A stretch of 64,000 bases of DNA from contig CAZCZL010000005.1 in the NCBI GenBank assembly GCA_964503315.1, positions 5,335 to 69,334 of the forward strand. The letters run 5' to 3'. The notes beneath the pieces are model-generated. The model saw only the letters and a program-made list of their open reading frames with translations, was not told where the DNA came from and did no database searches. Each line of letters opens with the position of its first letter. Position 1 is the first letter of the stretch. The translations under genes and the position numbers were made by a program. Of this stretch, positions 63,854 to 64,000 are shown in pieces. The DNA is from an uncultured Ignavibacteriales bacterium (GTDB lineage: Bacteria > Zixibacteria > MSB-5A5 > GN15 > FEB-12).

Positions 63854-63925
63854 GACTGACAAGCGGCATTTCTTTGGGTTGCGGTTCACAGCGCGCAAAA
63901 GGCTCATAACTAAGGGAGGACTACT

Positions 63926-64000
63926 ATGCGTAGGTTGATGGCAGTTATTGTCTTGATTATTTTCCCACTAGCTCTCTTGGGCGGGTGCGATTCGGAGAAG
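63926..64000 (+). CDS. lipoprotein (5' fragment, runs off the window), paralogue of 63122-63853
   Basis: GGGAGGA SD. MRRLMAVIVLIIFPLALLGGC|DSEK has the same lipobox and +2..+5 residues as the preceding gene. Confidence 0.6.
   Translation, partial: MRRLMAVIVLIIFPLALLGGCDSEK

Noticed and set aside
1-64000. Mobile genetic elements, prophage, defence systems (restriction-modification, toxin-antitoxin, CRISPR-Cas, retrons) and biosynthetic gene clusters.
   Set aside because: None of the translated ORFs showed transposase, integrase, recombinase, nuclease-methylase, Cas, reverse-transcriptase or PKS/NRPS motifs.

Overview
Chromosomal segment of an unidentified, probably uncultivated Gram-negative bacterium that uses T9SS-type C-terminal sorting domains. 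I call about 47 protein genes and one tRNA-Glu. I saw no rRNA, CRISPR array, transposase or integrase. Left end (164-13979): four secreted-protein genes, each with a candidate promoter or terminator of its own. They are a 1850-aa adhesin with 15 tandem cadherin-like modules, a 1126-aa protein of unknown function, an S8 subtilase with a PKD domain, and a T9SS-CTD protein. The first three all end in dockerin-like double Ca-loop modules. Middle: mixed metabolism and envelope genes. These include a GH35-like hydrolase, GGT, P5C dehydrogenase, a tetrahaem cytochrome c, GT4/SufS-like/WecB, LemA-TPM-TPM, an antiporter, a fused TPS/TPP + TreT-like trehalose operon, a GGDEF-NagZ-AnmK-SpoIID-OmpA(TSP3)-2H-phosphoesterase operon, CstA and a TMEM175-type channel. 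Right end: a histidine kinase and sigma-54 response regulator, followed by a 4-repeat helical exported protein and a beta-barrel. Next comes a 1.1-kb ORF-poor region carrying four TGTGA-N6-TCAC(A/T) CRP/FNR-type boxes. It lies upstream of an 858-aa protein that combines cohesin-like, Ig-like, dockerin and T9SS sorting modules. The conserved ileS / dksA-like / lspA operon and tandem lipoprotein genes close the window. Main hypothesis: a non-cellulosomal cohesin-dockerin surface-display system, in which a T9SS-anchored scaffoldin (55787-58363) recruits the dockerin-tailed adhesin, protease and unknown cargo (164-12680). Two REP-like intergenic repeat families are also present. All domain calls come from by-eye motif recognition on the supplied translations; no database search was run.
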